A DNA stretch of 51,131 nt, the filler included, from Bipalium vagum (lineage: Eukaryota), in the NCBI GenBank assembly GCA_037834085.1. It is 3 parts of 3 records of this genome, joined end to end, with 100 filler letters (N's around TTAATTAATTAA, not from the genome) between each part and the next. Parts side by side here need not be neighbours in the genome. Positions count along the whole stretch, not along the records: positions 1 to 15,679 come from JBBMKC010152453.1; 2 more parts are not named here. The stretch is one strand, 5' to 3'. Below, piece after piece: positions 1-12,096 of the stretch (position 1 is the first letter of the stretch; each line of letters opens with the position of its first letter). The notes below the pieces were generated by a model. That model worked only from the letters and a program-made list of their open reading frames with translations. It had not been told where the DNA came from and made no database searches. The translations under genes were made by a program, and so were the position numbers.

Positions 1-88
1 TTTTTAATTATTAATATTATTATCATTAGTATTTATGCATTATTTATCATTTTTATTATTTATTTTTCCCCGGGGGGTGTCTTGGTAA
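1..88 (-). repeat. Short copy of a retroposon-like 3' end (TTACCAAGACA-Cn-Gn-AAAAATAAATAAT... AT-rich tail)
   Basis: The reverse complement aligns with 15552-15679, including TTACCAAGACA, the C-run/G-run and ATAAATAA..ATAAATACTAAT.ATAATAATATTA. Confidence 0.75.
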
Positions 89-162
89 GCAAAACAATTT
101 GAAAGTTTCAAACATCATTTTTTAGTCCGAATTTAAATTTAGCGAGTTATTGCAGTATTTCT

Positions 163-900
163 TTAAAAATAGGTGCAATTTTTTTCTCTATGTCCACCTC
201 TTTAGTATCTAGAACATCTGTTGTTTGGACAAAATCTGTGTTTGTGACTGAGTATACCACATTTGAAGCATTTCCTTCGTGACAATTTCGACTTATGTGG
301 CCCGGTTTATTGCATGACCAGCGTATTACACGTGAATTCGAAATTGAGGGTCTTTATTTTGTCTGTATTTACCCCTGAGGTCTTGATTTCCTTGAAATGC
401 AGTGTTCAACAGATCTCTGTGTCAATATACAGCATTTCCTACTTAACGCCTTTTCAAGATCCGTCATTACTCGTATAGGTTCTTTAATTCCGCAAGGCTT
501 GACTAATTTTCTTAATATTATCTCTTTGATCACCGTCATGGTCTTCTCTTCGTTGCCTAAAAGCTCTCCTTTTAGTTATTCCCGTTCCGATTTGTGAACT
601 AATATATTGCCTACAGTTTCTTCAGTTCTTCAAAATTATATTTCTACATCCTCTTCTCATTGTCTATGCTTAAGCATTTCTTCTAAATCTGATATCGTTT
701 TTGGTCTACCAAATATTAGTCTCAACCTCTCCATAATTTTTCGCTTTCCCTACTGTTTCAATATATTTTACTTCCAGGTCTTCATGAACCATTTTTTCAA
801 TCCAGAACTTTTTTCTTAGTCTGAATTAAATTGAAATATCATTTGCACTATTTGATAGTTTTTTTCGAATCATCTTTTCATCTATAAATTTCAGGGGAAA
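163..900 (-). mobile_element. Decayed retroelement gag/ORF1-like sequence with three tandem CCHC zinc knuckles
   Basis: Minus-strand translation gives (R)WSCNKPGHISRNC (282-323), CFKCGILSHKHRFC (229-270) and CSR(Y)*RGGHREKNC (175-216). It has a frameshift and an in-frame stop. The upstream boundary is approximate. Confidence 0.65.
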
Positions 901-1559
901 TCTTTTTAAGATCTTTGCAGATGATGTGGTGGATAAGGAGCTTCAATAAAACTAAATTCTGTGATAAGATAAGTCCTCTTCGTCTAACATTTATGTAATT
1001 AAAAATCTGATAAACTTCTCAAAAATTTAAACAACTTCAATAATGATGTAAAAAATATACCTTTTTATTTGTTAATTTTTAATTATCTCAATCATTACTA
1101 AAGATTTTCACATGTATGCGAGACTTTAATATTTTGTAGTGAATATGAGAGACATTTATTGATTTATCGAATTTGAAACATTTGGTGATTCATCGTAGAT
1201 GTCATATTGTGATATCGGTTTAATAAAGGCTTTAGATTTTCGAATTTTTAAATTTTATTGCATAAATAGAATTATTTAACACCAAACTGAAATATTAAAT
1301 TTTGACGTAATATTGTTGAGATTTATAGTAAAACTGAACCAAGACAAATCTCCAAGAAAAAGCTTTCAGAAATCACCGATGACTTCAATGAACCTCAGGA
1401 ATCGATGGAGAGCGGGGACAGGTCTCCGAAATTACTAAATTACATTCCAAATGCACTTAAAAACTTAGAATACGATTTGATATCTATTTAAAAGCCCTTA
1501 AGACGTCGGTAATAATAATAGGTAAGGAATTTGTATTAATTCCAAGTGTTTAACTGATA

Positions 1560-2260
1560 GTGTTAAATAAATAATTAATTAGCATAATAATCTTTCTCGC
1601 AATTCTTTTGGATTCTTCGCTTGGTTATTTGAATAAATAATATCAAATAATATTTTCGATTAAAGTAATATTCGGAGATTTTGATGACTACTAAATTATT
1701 TCAAAATCCTGTGCTTTGAAGAATTCCTTACTTTGCTTGACTACGTGAATGCTACAATTATCTTGTACAAGATAAATCTTTGACTGAACATTTAAATTCA
1801 TTATATTGATAAATAAATATATTGTTATAAACAATTTATTTACCAATTATCTGGACCATATAGAAAAAAGCGTTTTTCATCTGTGAATATTGAACTTTCC
1901 GATGGAATATTTTTATGAATCGATGATGATGTTCAATTCTTAATTTCATATGGGAAGGAGTAAGTTGCAATTTCTGCTATACCTTTTTATATTTATATTC
2001 ATTCTTCCTTAACCAATTGTTTAGAGTTCTTCTTGAAACATCTAAATTGGTTCCTTTTAAAATTGAATTTGAAGTAATTTTGACACCTGATGAATTTTCA
2101 TTGCTTATAAATCTTTTTAGCATTATCGATTGTTGTTTTTTATAAGCATTTTAGACCCTCTTCTTTGTTTTTTTAATTTTGTAATTATTAATACTTTGTA
2201 TTGCTGGCCTGGTCACTTTACATTTCTTTAAATTTCTATTCCCATCCTAACCCAGAATGT
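1560..2260 (-). mobile_element. Degenerate Tc1/Tc3-like DD34E transposase
   Basis: Minus strand: IFTDEKRFFLYGPDNW (~1845-1890) and QDNCSIHVVK...SKSPNITLIEN with 34 codons between D and E. Contains stops; boundaries approximate. Confidence 0.8.
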
Positions 2261-3789
2261 CAACACTTATGTGGAGATTAGTAGCTTACCTGGCGGTTTA
2301 TTCAAGATACCACTAGTTGATAAGATATCTGTTCTTCTATTAACAACCTTATAATATCAGTGGGTTTGGAAGATATATATAAAGTTAAATTTATTTTAAT
2401 TGAAATTACAAATAAGCAGTTTTCTTAGTTAATTTAATTATTAATTGGAGTCCTTTTGTTGAACTAACCAAACTCATATTTGTTGTGTTCACCAAAAGCA
2501 CATCAATGATATAGTTTGAAATTTAATGTTTAAAGATGACAAGACATGCTCTTTAGACATTGACTTTTATTAATAGAGAAGCAGTGGAATAAACGTATTA
2601 CATTGCCATGAAATTATTCTGATCAATATCTGTTGGAGTTTTAAAGACTCTTCATATAACCTATATTTATAAAATCTATAACCATGATGAAAAATATTTA
2701 ATTAACCTATTCTACATCGTGCCTCAATATCCAGAAAAGACTAAAAATAAAGTAGCCTATCCTATTCTTATAGCAATAAAATAAGGAACACTAATCAATA
2801 AAAACCCAAGGGAATTATTCACAATGATTTCATCTTAGAAAGATAATTGAATAGAAATATTACATAAGAGTTTTGTTATTTCAAAAATCAATTGATTACA
2901 TTTTTCTGCCTTCTTATATAAGAAAAAATCAACCAACCTCACTTTTTGTAACGTTTTCCTAATAAAATATATAATTTAAATCTGAGAACAAAGGAATTAA
3001 GATAAAGCAAAAATTTAATTTAATAACAAATACATTTATGAGATGATATTTACAGAAAATAAAATAAGTAGGAAACCTTGTTAAAACATTTAAAATTAAC
3101 AAAATGGGTATTTCAAAAGTAATTTTCATAAGGCTGATCATTGATGAAAATTTTTATCGGGGATTTCACTTCGACGGAATCAGCTAAGCTGACATTGAAG
3201 CACGGATTCTTAAAATTGTAAATATTCGATAAATAATTTTAAAATACTTTCATTTCATCACACAGATTAACATAGATACAAATATAGAAGAGAAATCAGT
3301 GTCACCATTTTTGTACACAGAATGAGTTTTCAATGTAATATTTTTTCAAAGCACAATGTCGTAAAAGTATCATTTGAATAAGTAAGCATAATAATGTAAT
3401 TTAATACTTTATGAAATAAATAAAATAATAATGCTCCGAAATAAATTTATTTTAAGTTAACGAAAAAGAGTTTATCTTTTCAAAATTTGGGTAAAAGACA
3501 TTTTGGGAAACTTCTAATTGTTAATATGGTACCAAATAAACTTTTCAAAGTCTGAATGTAAATAAAAAACTATTGATTTTTAAAATATTAATGACACGTG
3601 GTAATATTATTTTTACAAGTTGAAAATGACGATCTAATAAACGATATTTCCAAAATAAATTGCTTTAATATTCAAGTATATTTGTTTATATAATATTTTT
3701 CACGCGCTTTAATTCGAAAAATATCCAATGTCATAATAGGCAGTGTAATATATAATATTCCTTAATTTCAAATAATTAAATATAATTTG

Positions 3790-4560
3790 CGGCAAATAAT
3801 TTGATTTTCTTGTATTAACAAAAGAAAAAGCTCCTGACAGTTACCGCATCATTTTGGAAACATAGTGAGCAAAAATTATCTGAAAAAACAAGTGAACGTT
3901 GGATCGCTAGATTTAAAAAATGAAACGTTCAATGTGTAAGACATTGAAAATCCAGGTCAATCGAAAAATTTTGAACATGTATATATTTGTAAGCACTGAT
4001 AAGCGAAGACCCACAAACTCAAATACAACTTACATGTTATCCAAAAAGCAATTTCTGATTGATTACAAGAAATGTGGAAGATTATAAAGGAAGAAAAAAC
4101 AATTTGTAAAATGCTGACGGGAAAACAAAAAAATCGTTTTTGAATTGTATCGTTATTAGAGACAAAATGAATGTATTTCTATAATCCAAAACAGAAAGTC
4201 TTAGTGCGACCAAGGTCAACCATTTTCATCGATTGTGAAGCACAATACTCATGAGAAGAAATTACTGTGAATTTAGTGACATCATAATGTTTTTGTACCA
4301 GGAGCTCTTGCAACCTGGTCAAACGATTACTGGTAACCGTTATCAACAACAGTTACATAATTGTTGCAAAGAAAACCGACCAGAACGAGATAAAAGACAC
4401 AGGAACGTCATTTTCTTGGCTGATAACACTAGACCTAATTTATATTCAAAACATGTAACAGAAACGCTGGATGTACTTGATTTGGACGTTATACTTCACC
4501 AACCGTATTCGCTATACATTGTTTCACATGATTATTACTTGTTTAGATTGAGATTTATAA
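3790..4560 (+). mobile_element. Degenerate mariner transposase, Mos1/mauritiana-like
   Basis: LSEKTSERWIARFK...ENPGQSKNFE at the N-terminus; YQELLQPGQTITGNRYQQQL, VIFLADN and LHQPYS...DYYLFR in ORF 4251-4574. Confidence 0.85.
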
Positions 4561-4579
4561 GGATATTTTGTTAAAGATA

Positions 4580-5080
4580 GCTATTTGGGAGATGATTATT
4601 TGAAGAAAAATATATATTTATGCATGATAATGATTACAAACCTACCAGCAAGATATACAAAGCTAACTTGGAGGAGTTAGAACAGCAGAATATTATCTAA
4701 GTAACGGAATGGCCTCCTCAATGGCCCTATTGAATTACTGTGGGATAATATGCACAAAAAATTCGGCAACAACACTCATATTCAAAAAGTCTTTTGAAAA
4801 CCCTACAAGTACGATGGTTTGCAATAACACCAGAAATTCAATGGAAATTGTGCAATTATATGCTGAGGATTTGTGTAGATGTTATTAAAAATCACGGAGA
4901 CTACTCTGATGAATGTTTTATATAATATAAAACAAATACTTTTTCTTCTTAGTTCGAAGAAATATGAAAAGGATTCTTAAATTTTACAAATAAATTAAAA
5001 GTAAAGCATTTGTCATTAAAGTGTTCTATTTATGTTATATTTCAAAATGCAAGTACCATCCCAATACTTTGATCGGTACT
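4580..5080 (+). mobile_element. 3' part of a Tc1-family element, probably DD38E spacing, with a right TIR remnant
   Basis: FMHDNDYKPTSK...VTEWPPQ/PIELLWD...ICVDVIKNHGDYSDE. 5058-5080 reverse-complements to AGTACCGATCAAAGTATTGGGAT, which is Tc1 TIR-like. Confidence 0.75.
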
Positions 5081-5669
5081 CGCATTTAAATCTGTTTTTC
5101 ATAATTTCTGTTAAAACTTTTTAAACACTATTATCAATGTAAAGTTATTTCATACTGATAAAAACTGAAATTGCTCATCTATTTTTTTGGTATCGGAACT
5201 CTGAATTAAACTATCCTTTGAAACAACAAATAACGGTACATCACATCACTGTTACGAAAAATAATTGCAATAATAATTAAAAACTCAATTATACAAGTTG
5301 AATGCTTTCATGTTTTTAAATGAGCATGAAACGTTTTGTGGGAGAAATTTAAACCGCTATTGAAATATTCCAATGTAAAACGTTTTTATTTTAATATTAT
5401 AAATAACAAAATTTAAAATTGACAGTTCAATTATCTCTTATTACTCGAACGAAATTGATTTATAAGATATACTAAATTTTAACTAATAATTTTCATTGGA
5501 CTTTTATGACCTTTTTTATTAATATGAATTTCCTTCTCCAGAACACGTTTCGTCATATCACAATGAAAAATAATTTAATATAATATAAATAAATGAGAAA
5601 TTGTGAAAAAAATTTTCAAATTCAATTTGATACACGTTTGGGTAAGAATTAATTATGTTATTCGTATTT

Positions 5670-5770
5670 ATCTTTTTGGGCCATCACCTTCTATCTCACG
5701 TTTCTACATTCATGATCCACATTTCATCTCCGGTGATTTTATATATAAGAAATGGTTCAAACTCATTTCT
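5670..5770 (-). mobile_element. Small mariner transposase fragment
   Basis: Minus strand NEFEPFLYKITGDEMWI resembles the FLxRIVTGDEKW motif. Confidence 0.55.
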
Positions 5771-5939
5771 TTTCAAAAAAGATTCACAAATAAAAATTCG
5801 TTTCAGATAAATTAAATATTAACACAAACCTTTTCCAGATAATTTAAAACAATTTTTTGAGAAATGCATAGATCCTTAGAAATGTTTATGTGACGGTTTT
5901 GTTAGATTATTTCACGATTCTATCGTCTTTTTCCGCAAT

Positions 5940-6590
5940 TTGTCGGCCAGGACGAGGCGCATCATTTTTCAACTTATTTTGGAAAGATGAGGCATCAAAT
6001 TGGCTGAGAGCACTGAACCGGTTGTTCATTCAGCAGGGGAGGGGCTGAAGCTGGGTAAAGAGGGTGCAATGTGGAATGTGTCGTTAGTATTTGGTTCTGA
6101 CACAGCGAGATCTGTGAACGACTACTATCGTATTGCTGCCCATCAACGTTGGATGGAAAATGGTTACATGAAATGAATCGTGTTCCTGGGGTACATTCGT
6201 GGATTAATGATTACACCAAGCTAATGGCCAGTAGGTTTATATTTATAGAATTAGAATACGGGTTAACTTAATATGGACTGCAGCAAGAGCGAGTTGGGTT
6301 AGGTATAACTCTGACGCAGGAGTCCATATTATGATAAGGGCTGTGTGCAGATGTTCAAGAGCCTTAACCATATACTTCAAAAATGTTGTGCTGTAAAAGG
6401 CTGTCTCTGGATTTTGTGGGGACTCGGTTGAAACTCCTAGGCTATCGGGTTGAGGTTAAACCAAAGATCCACTATAAGATCAGTTGTCTAAAGTTGGACA
6501 TCATAACCTTTAAGGACGTTGTTACCCCTCTGGTTTTGGATGCCAAAATTGTCAGCGACTCTAGTCTGGTAAGCAGCCGCTAATGATATT
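5940..6590 (+). mobile_element. Degenerate R2-like non-LTR retrotransposon C-terminus (zinc knuckle and restriction-enzyme-like endonuclease)
   Basis: Local GC rise. VPGVHSWIND...RVNL...RGCVQMFKSLNHILQKC, then LKLLGYRVEVKPKI...LKLDII...VLDAKIVSD, matching the decayed CCHC...EP..KPDI..D.Q.V pattern of REL elements. Confidence 0.7.
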
Positions 6591-7401
6591 AAGGGACTTA
6601 AAATATTAGGAAATAAACTTTCATGACGTATGAGATTTCTTTTAATTCGGATAAACAAATGATATTAATAATTTTTTTATAATTATTTATTCTAAGGATA
6701 TGATTTTTAGAATTCATTTATTTTAATTGAACTTCAAACTTATATGACATCTTTATTTCACATTAAAATAGTCTGACAAAAATGATGGAAACTTTTTATA
6801 TCACCTAATACATAAATTAAACTGTTACAGTAAACTAATCAATAAAATGTGATATTTTTATATATAATAATAAATATATAAGCATAATTTTAAATTTAGT
6901 CTCTTTCAATAAGGAAATAATAGGCACTTTAGAATATTAATAAAAAAAATAATATTGAAAAATATAAAAGTCATTATACATAAATAAACTTAATATATTG
7001 ATTTATTATTAAAAATTATTATTATTATCATAATTAACTTCGTGTGTATTTTAAATGAAAATTATTATTATAAAACTTTCGAAACATCTAGCAATCAGTT
7101 CCACTTGCTGGAAATTCATATAATAAAAAATTTAAACTTATCTAATATTAAAAGAAACTAAAAAATTATGAACCAGTTTAAAGAAATCGTTTTTATTAAT
7201 AGAAATTTCTTAATAATATTATCGAATTTATTTACTCTATGTTGCATTTCATTACAGCGATACATTAAAAAATTAAATTACGTTTTAAAATTCATCTTTC
7301 AATTAATGAAAATTATATTCATTTTCTTGATAAAACGTTTTATTGAGGCCTGCCATTCATTGACTAAAACCCAAAATTATTATTTTTTTGAAAATATAAT
7401 A

Positions 7402-7407
<6 letters not shown>

Positions 7408-7432
<25 letters not shown>
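7408..7432. repeat. (TAA)n microsatellite
   Basis: About 8 perfect TAA units, seen directly. Confidence 0.9.
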
Positions 7433-10400
7433 GGATTTCATGTTTTTTCTGCAACTGGTACGTCAATGAAATGTTCGAACAATAGTACGCGAAAGACTTG
7501 TCACAGTGCCTAACCGCTACGTAAATTGTAAACAAAACAGAAAAGGTTAAATATAAAATAATCCTACTATTAATTACTAGTGATTATTGGAAAAATTTTA
7601 TGTAAGAAAATTTTTACAATTTTTAATCAAATTGTCATGTTTTAATTGTAATAATATGCAAATACAATAAATGTTACCGCTTTTCCTCGTCAAATTAGGA
7701 TATCAAGCTTTTTAGTCACTTTGGTCTAATTTTCTCTTCGTGAATTTGCCTTTTATATCCAATTGATTTCAATGAAATTCATGTTTTTTATATTAATACT
7801 AATAATATTTTTAATAAAAAAATAATAATACAATAATGGCAAGGATTCTGTGAATCTCTTTATAGATTTTTATTTTACATAAAATCAATTTAAAAGCAAA
7901 TCAGAATTCATATAATGAAACATTGAATTATCAACCAAAGTTCTTCTAAACAAACATCGAATTATGAAAAATGTTTTCGAAGTCTCCATAGAATTTTTAT
8001 TCTTTAATTTTAAAATTAATCGTTAATAATAAATTACCGATTAATTACTCGTTAACCCCATAGCCTTAGATAATATTTTTAAAAACTTAATTTTTTTTTA
8101 TTGAGATTTCATATTATTTTGTCACATTCTTTATAAATTACGTAACAGTTTTTAAACCACCACTATATTAAATTGATTTTTTTATTTTGTACCTTTAACG
8201 GGTCTTAAAAGCCACATGGAGTGCCTTCAACAATAACAGATAAGAAGCACAATAATCAATATCACGGCACTTCTCATGAGAATTAAAGAATATTCAGATT
8301 TTAAATTTTGTGAAGAAGTAATTTTTTACTTTGACTTTGTGAGAAGAAATTACTTCGTCTTGTTTTTGAATAATTGCTTTCCTATATCGTCAGTTCCATA
8401 GAGGAGTACTCATATGACAGAATTGTGTGTCACTAACAAGCTTACAAAATAAATGGAATTCTTTTATTTAATTACTTAAAAATTATTAGCGTGATCTACA
8501 TTGTTTAAGTTATTAATAACAGTAATATACATAAAAAGTAAAACGAGTAATAAAAAAAGAATGGTCGTCATATAAAAATGAATATGAAAAAAACAATCAA
8601 TCAATAATTCACATTTAACCTAATGGCAATCAATTAATTAATTAGTGACGGCTTTACTAGTTTTAGACAGTACCTATATCGCTGGGTGTGCTTTTTGTAA
8701 CAATTACCGGTAATATTTTGTCTGATTCTTTTTTGGTTAAGACCTATTTAGTAGCAAGATGCTTATTGTAACTGTTATAGAGAATAATTTGTATTGTTTA
8801 TTCTTTTCGGTATTTCATAAAGCCGTTACTTTCTTAATAATAGAACAGTCTGAAAAAATGATTTTATTTTATAAATTTTAACTTTATAATACCAAGTATA
8901 GGAAGGTTAAGGAAATCTGAAAAAATTGGAAATGAATATTCTCGTTTAAAATTTCCATATTTCGTTACATCACAAGATCTCTTAAATTTTTGTTGAATAA
9001 TAACAATTGTGATTATATAGTAACAGTTTGCTGTTGAGTAAGTCATTTCTCAATTGATAATTAATGTTAATGTTGTTATTACGTACCATAACAAGTCAAT
9101 AAGAATTTGTATAATTTTCAATTAAGTTATTTTATACTTAAATGAAGCGAAAAGGTAAAGCATTGAGTGCTGAATTATCAACTTTAAATCAATATCTGAT
9201 TTTTAATGAAGCGTGGCATTGAAATGGTAGATTTTTCAGAAATACATTCTTTGACACTTTAATTAGTACATTTTTAATATTACTTTATTATCAGAATTTT
9301 TATATTTTCTAATTTTGAAGACTTAACATTTTAAAGGAAATGCAAACTGAAATAAACCATTAAAGAAAAATCACATGTTTAAGGCCAATAAAATCCGACT
9401 GAACCAAAATTCAGAATAAAATATAATTTTGTGGTTAAAACGTTAATTTAATTAATTTTTTTAAAATATTTTTACATAAAACCAAACTTTTTCTTTGTCA
9501 GACTCTGATTCTTCGTCCACATCATCTATGACAGTTAAGTTTTTTATCCTAGGAGCTTTAAAATTCTGATGAATATGATGGACAAAAATTTCTTGTTTTT
9601 CCATACGTGGCTAAACGTTTAATCCAGCCTACAGCAAATATTCATATTAAAAATAATTTATAATTTAAAGCTAGAAAGGAAAGGTAACGTGGTGTTTTAC
9701 ATGTAAATATTTTATAATATTATAGAAACAACTTTTTTGATTCATTAAAAAAATTGTCATGGTAATCCATCTTTCAGATAGCACATTGATTCCCATGAAT
9801 AAAGATTTTTATTTTTAAATGGAAAAATTAATGTTGCGTTTGCCAAGGGCACGTCACTGGTTCAAAATTTAAGGAATAATTAAATGATGCAACAGTGTAT
9901 GAATAATAACAATAAATAATTTAAAAATAAATATTATTAAATCTCGACGTAGAGATAATTCGGTCTACAATTTAGGAACAGACAAATAAAAATAGTAATT
10001 CAAAGGGAACTAGACGTTCAGCAATTGGAAATTGGTCAATATAAAAAGGAATGGAGTCCCCTATGTACTGAAAGTAGAGAAATTGTTGCATTGATTATTA
10101 ATTTCATTTGCTAAAATTTGTAATTTGCCGAAGTTGGTCAGAAAACTCTTTTTGTCGGAACACTGGAACAACGTTTATTTTTAGGTTAATAGATTTTTAC
10201 TATGATGAGATAGGATTCAACGATGGATCCCGTCATGCTCAGTTATCTATAGACATACCAGTTCAGGCCTATCATACTAATCATGAAGTCATCGCCAAAG
10301 GGTGAGTGAGTCATTTCACTGTTAATTGTTTTTTTTCTTTTGTTTTAATTAAAAGTTTTCTTATCATTTTCGAGCGATTCAATTTCTATTAATTTGATTT

Positions 10401-10479
10401 TTCTTTGATATCAATTAGATCTTTGGAATAATTTCATTACGCATCTTATCAATATTTTGTGAGTCCATTATTAATCTTA

Positions 10480-11160
10480 CTAATTCATTAGGTACTGTAA
10501 CGATTCTTTTGGTGTAATTATTATAGCTTGATACACTTTGACGATCCGAATACTATTGATCATTTGCATATTGATTGATTTCTTATTGTGTTGTCACTTT
10601 GTTATAAAAAAATTAAGCTTTTGCGATTATTTTCTCATTCTAATAAGAGCACGCTAATAACATGTGTGAAGGATCAGATCAGGAACTCAGAGTTATATAC
10701 AGTTGCAACAATATATTTTTGATTTAAACGCGACAAATGACCATGGTTTAGAGTTATCAAAACAAGTCCATTTTTCACCATCCATTACAATTTGATGCAG
10801 AAAACTTTGTCGAGAAATAAAAATTTCACAAGTGCTTTGTCTTCCGAGGTCCATCTTCCTTTTTTGTCGATCTACTCCATTTTTGTAAAAGTCGACTAAC
10901 TGATGATCGACAAACACTTAATGATTTTTCAAGTTTATGTTGAGTTTAACTTAGATCTTGAGAAACACTAATGCTTTCCGATTTTTATCTTCAAACCGTT
11001 TTATTGTCCGGGACATTCTTTATGTTCCACAAGGTGCTAAAGATAAAGCATAGTCACTATAAGCCTCAACAAGTATTATGTTCCAGCAGGTAATTTTCTG
11101 ATATTGAAATGAAACAGCATCACTTCGCTCAACTAGAGATTATTTGATATATATTCCATC
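10480..11160 (-). mobile_element. Degenerate, internally deleted mariner (Mos1-like)
   Basis: Minus strand REVMLFHFN...ILVEAYSDYALS, and RQSTCEIFISRQSFLHQIVMDGEKWTCFDNSK in ORF 10693-10917. Confidence 0.8.
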
Positions 11161-11369
11161 ACCTATAAGTAAAAATAATGCTGTTAATATAAAAAAGTTT
11201 TTACTGTATAATTTCGAACAATATTCAAACTACGTAACATAAATTAATTCGTTTTAACAAATAGATCATTTTAATTAATTAAGTTATTATAATTAAGTTA
11301 TCTTTTAAAAGGTTCACTCTTAACACCCACACCTAATGTATTTATATTAACATAATATAAAAATATATA

Positions 11370-12096
11370 CGATATCGCTTAATACGATTTCCTGGATATT
11401 ACGATATAATAAACCGGACCCTTTTTAATGTATATTTTGATATATAAAAGCATTGTTTAATACGATATCGCATAGTACGATAAATCGTTTATTACGTTTG
11501 AAATTAAATCTTATTTAATTTATCAATATCTCTTAATACAATGTTTTATATTTAATTTGTTTAAATTTCCACAGAAATCTAAAATTTCTAAAAATAAATA
11601 ATAAAAATATAATTTTTCTCAATCTACTGTGGCAACCATCAAATGCAATGACATTAGGATTCACGAAATTTTTTCGCAATGAGAAAGATACAGTCATGCG
11701 ACGTCGAAATTGAACCTCTTTTGAACTGGATAGTGCTCAGCTTATGTGGTTTAAAGAGCGAGGTGATAAAAATTGCATGATAACTGGTCGGTGGAAAAAG
11801 CTGTGTTCAAATGAATTTTAGTTATAAGCCAGATGTATCATGGATTGAAAGATAGAAAAAATGTAAATATTAATTACAAGCGCATTAGACTTACATTACC
11901 ACCGCCTTACTGAAATTAGTTACCAGTAGAAACTAACAAACTATTGAAGTGAAACAGAATATCAGGGCTAAAGACGAGTTATCTTCTGTCATTTACATTC
12001 GCGAATACCTTCAGGAAAACAATCTTAGTGCTGAAATGGAATTATTACGATAATTTTTCGACGTCCCAATAATATCGTATTAAGCGAAGTCTACTG
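11370..12096 (+). mobile_element. Internally deleted pogo/Tigger-like element
   Basis: Inverted CGCTTAATACGAT (11376-11388) and ATCGTATTAAGCG-AAGTCTACTG|TA (12074-12098). Internal CENP-B-type HTH remnant ELDSAQLMWFKERGDKNCMITG...EKA. Confidence 0.75.

Noticed and set aside
11376-11500. Spaced TACGAT-containing repeats (and ACATCGAAGT at ~35170-35226) as a CRISPR-like array
   Set aside because: Short, irregular and adjacent to TIRs: subterminal repeats of pogo-like elements in eukaryotic DNA.
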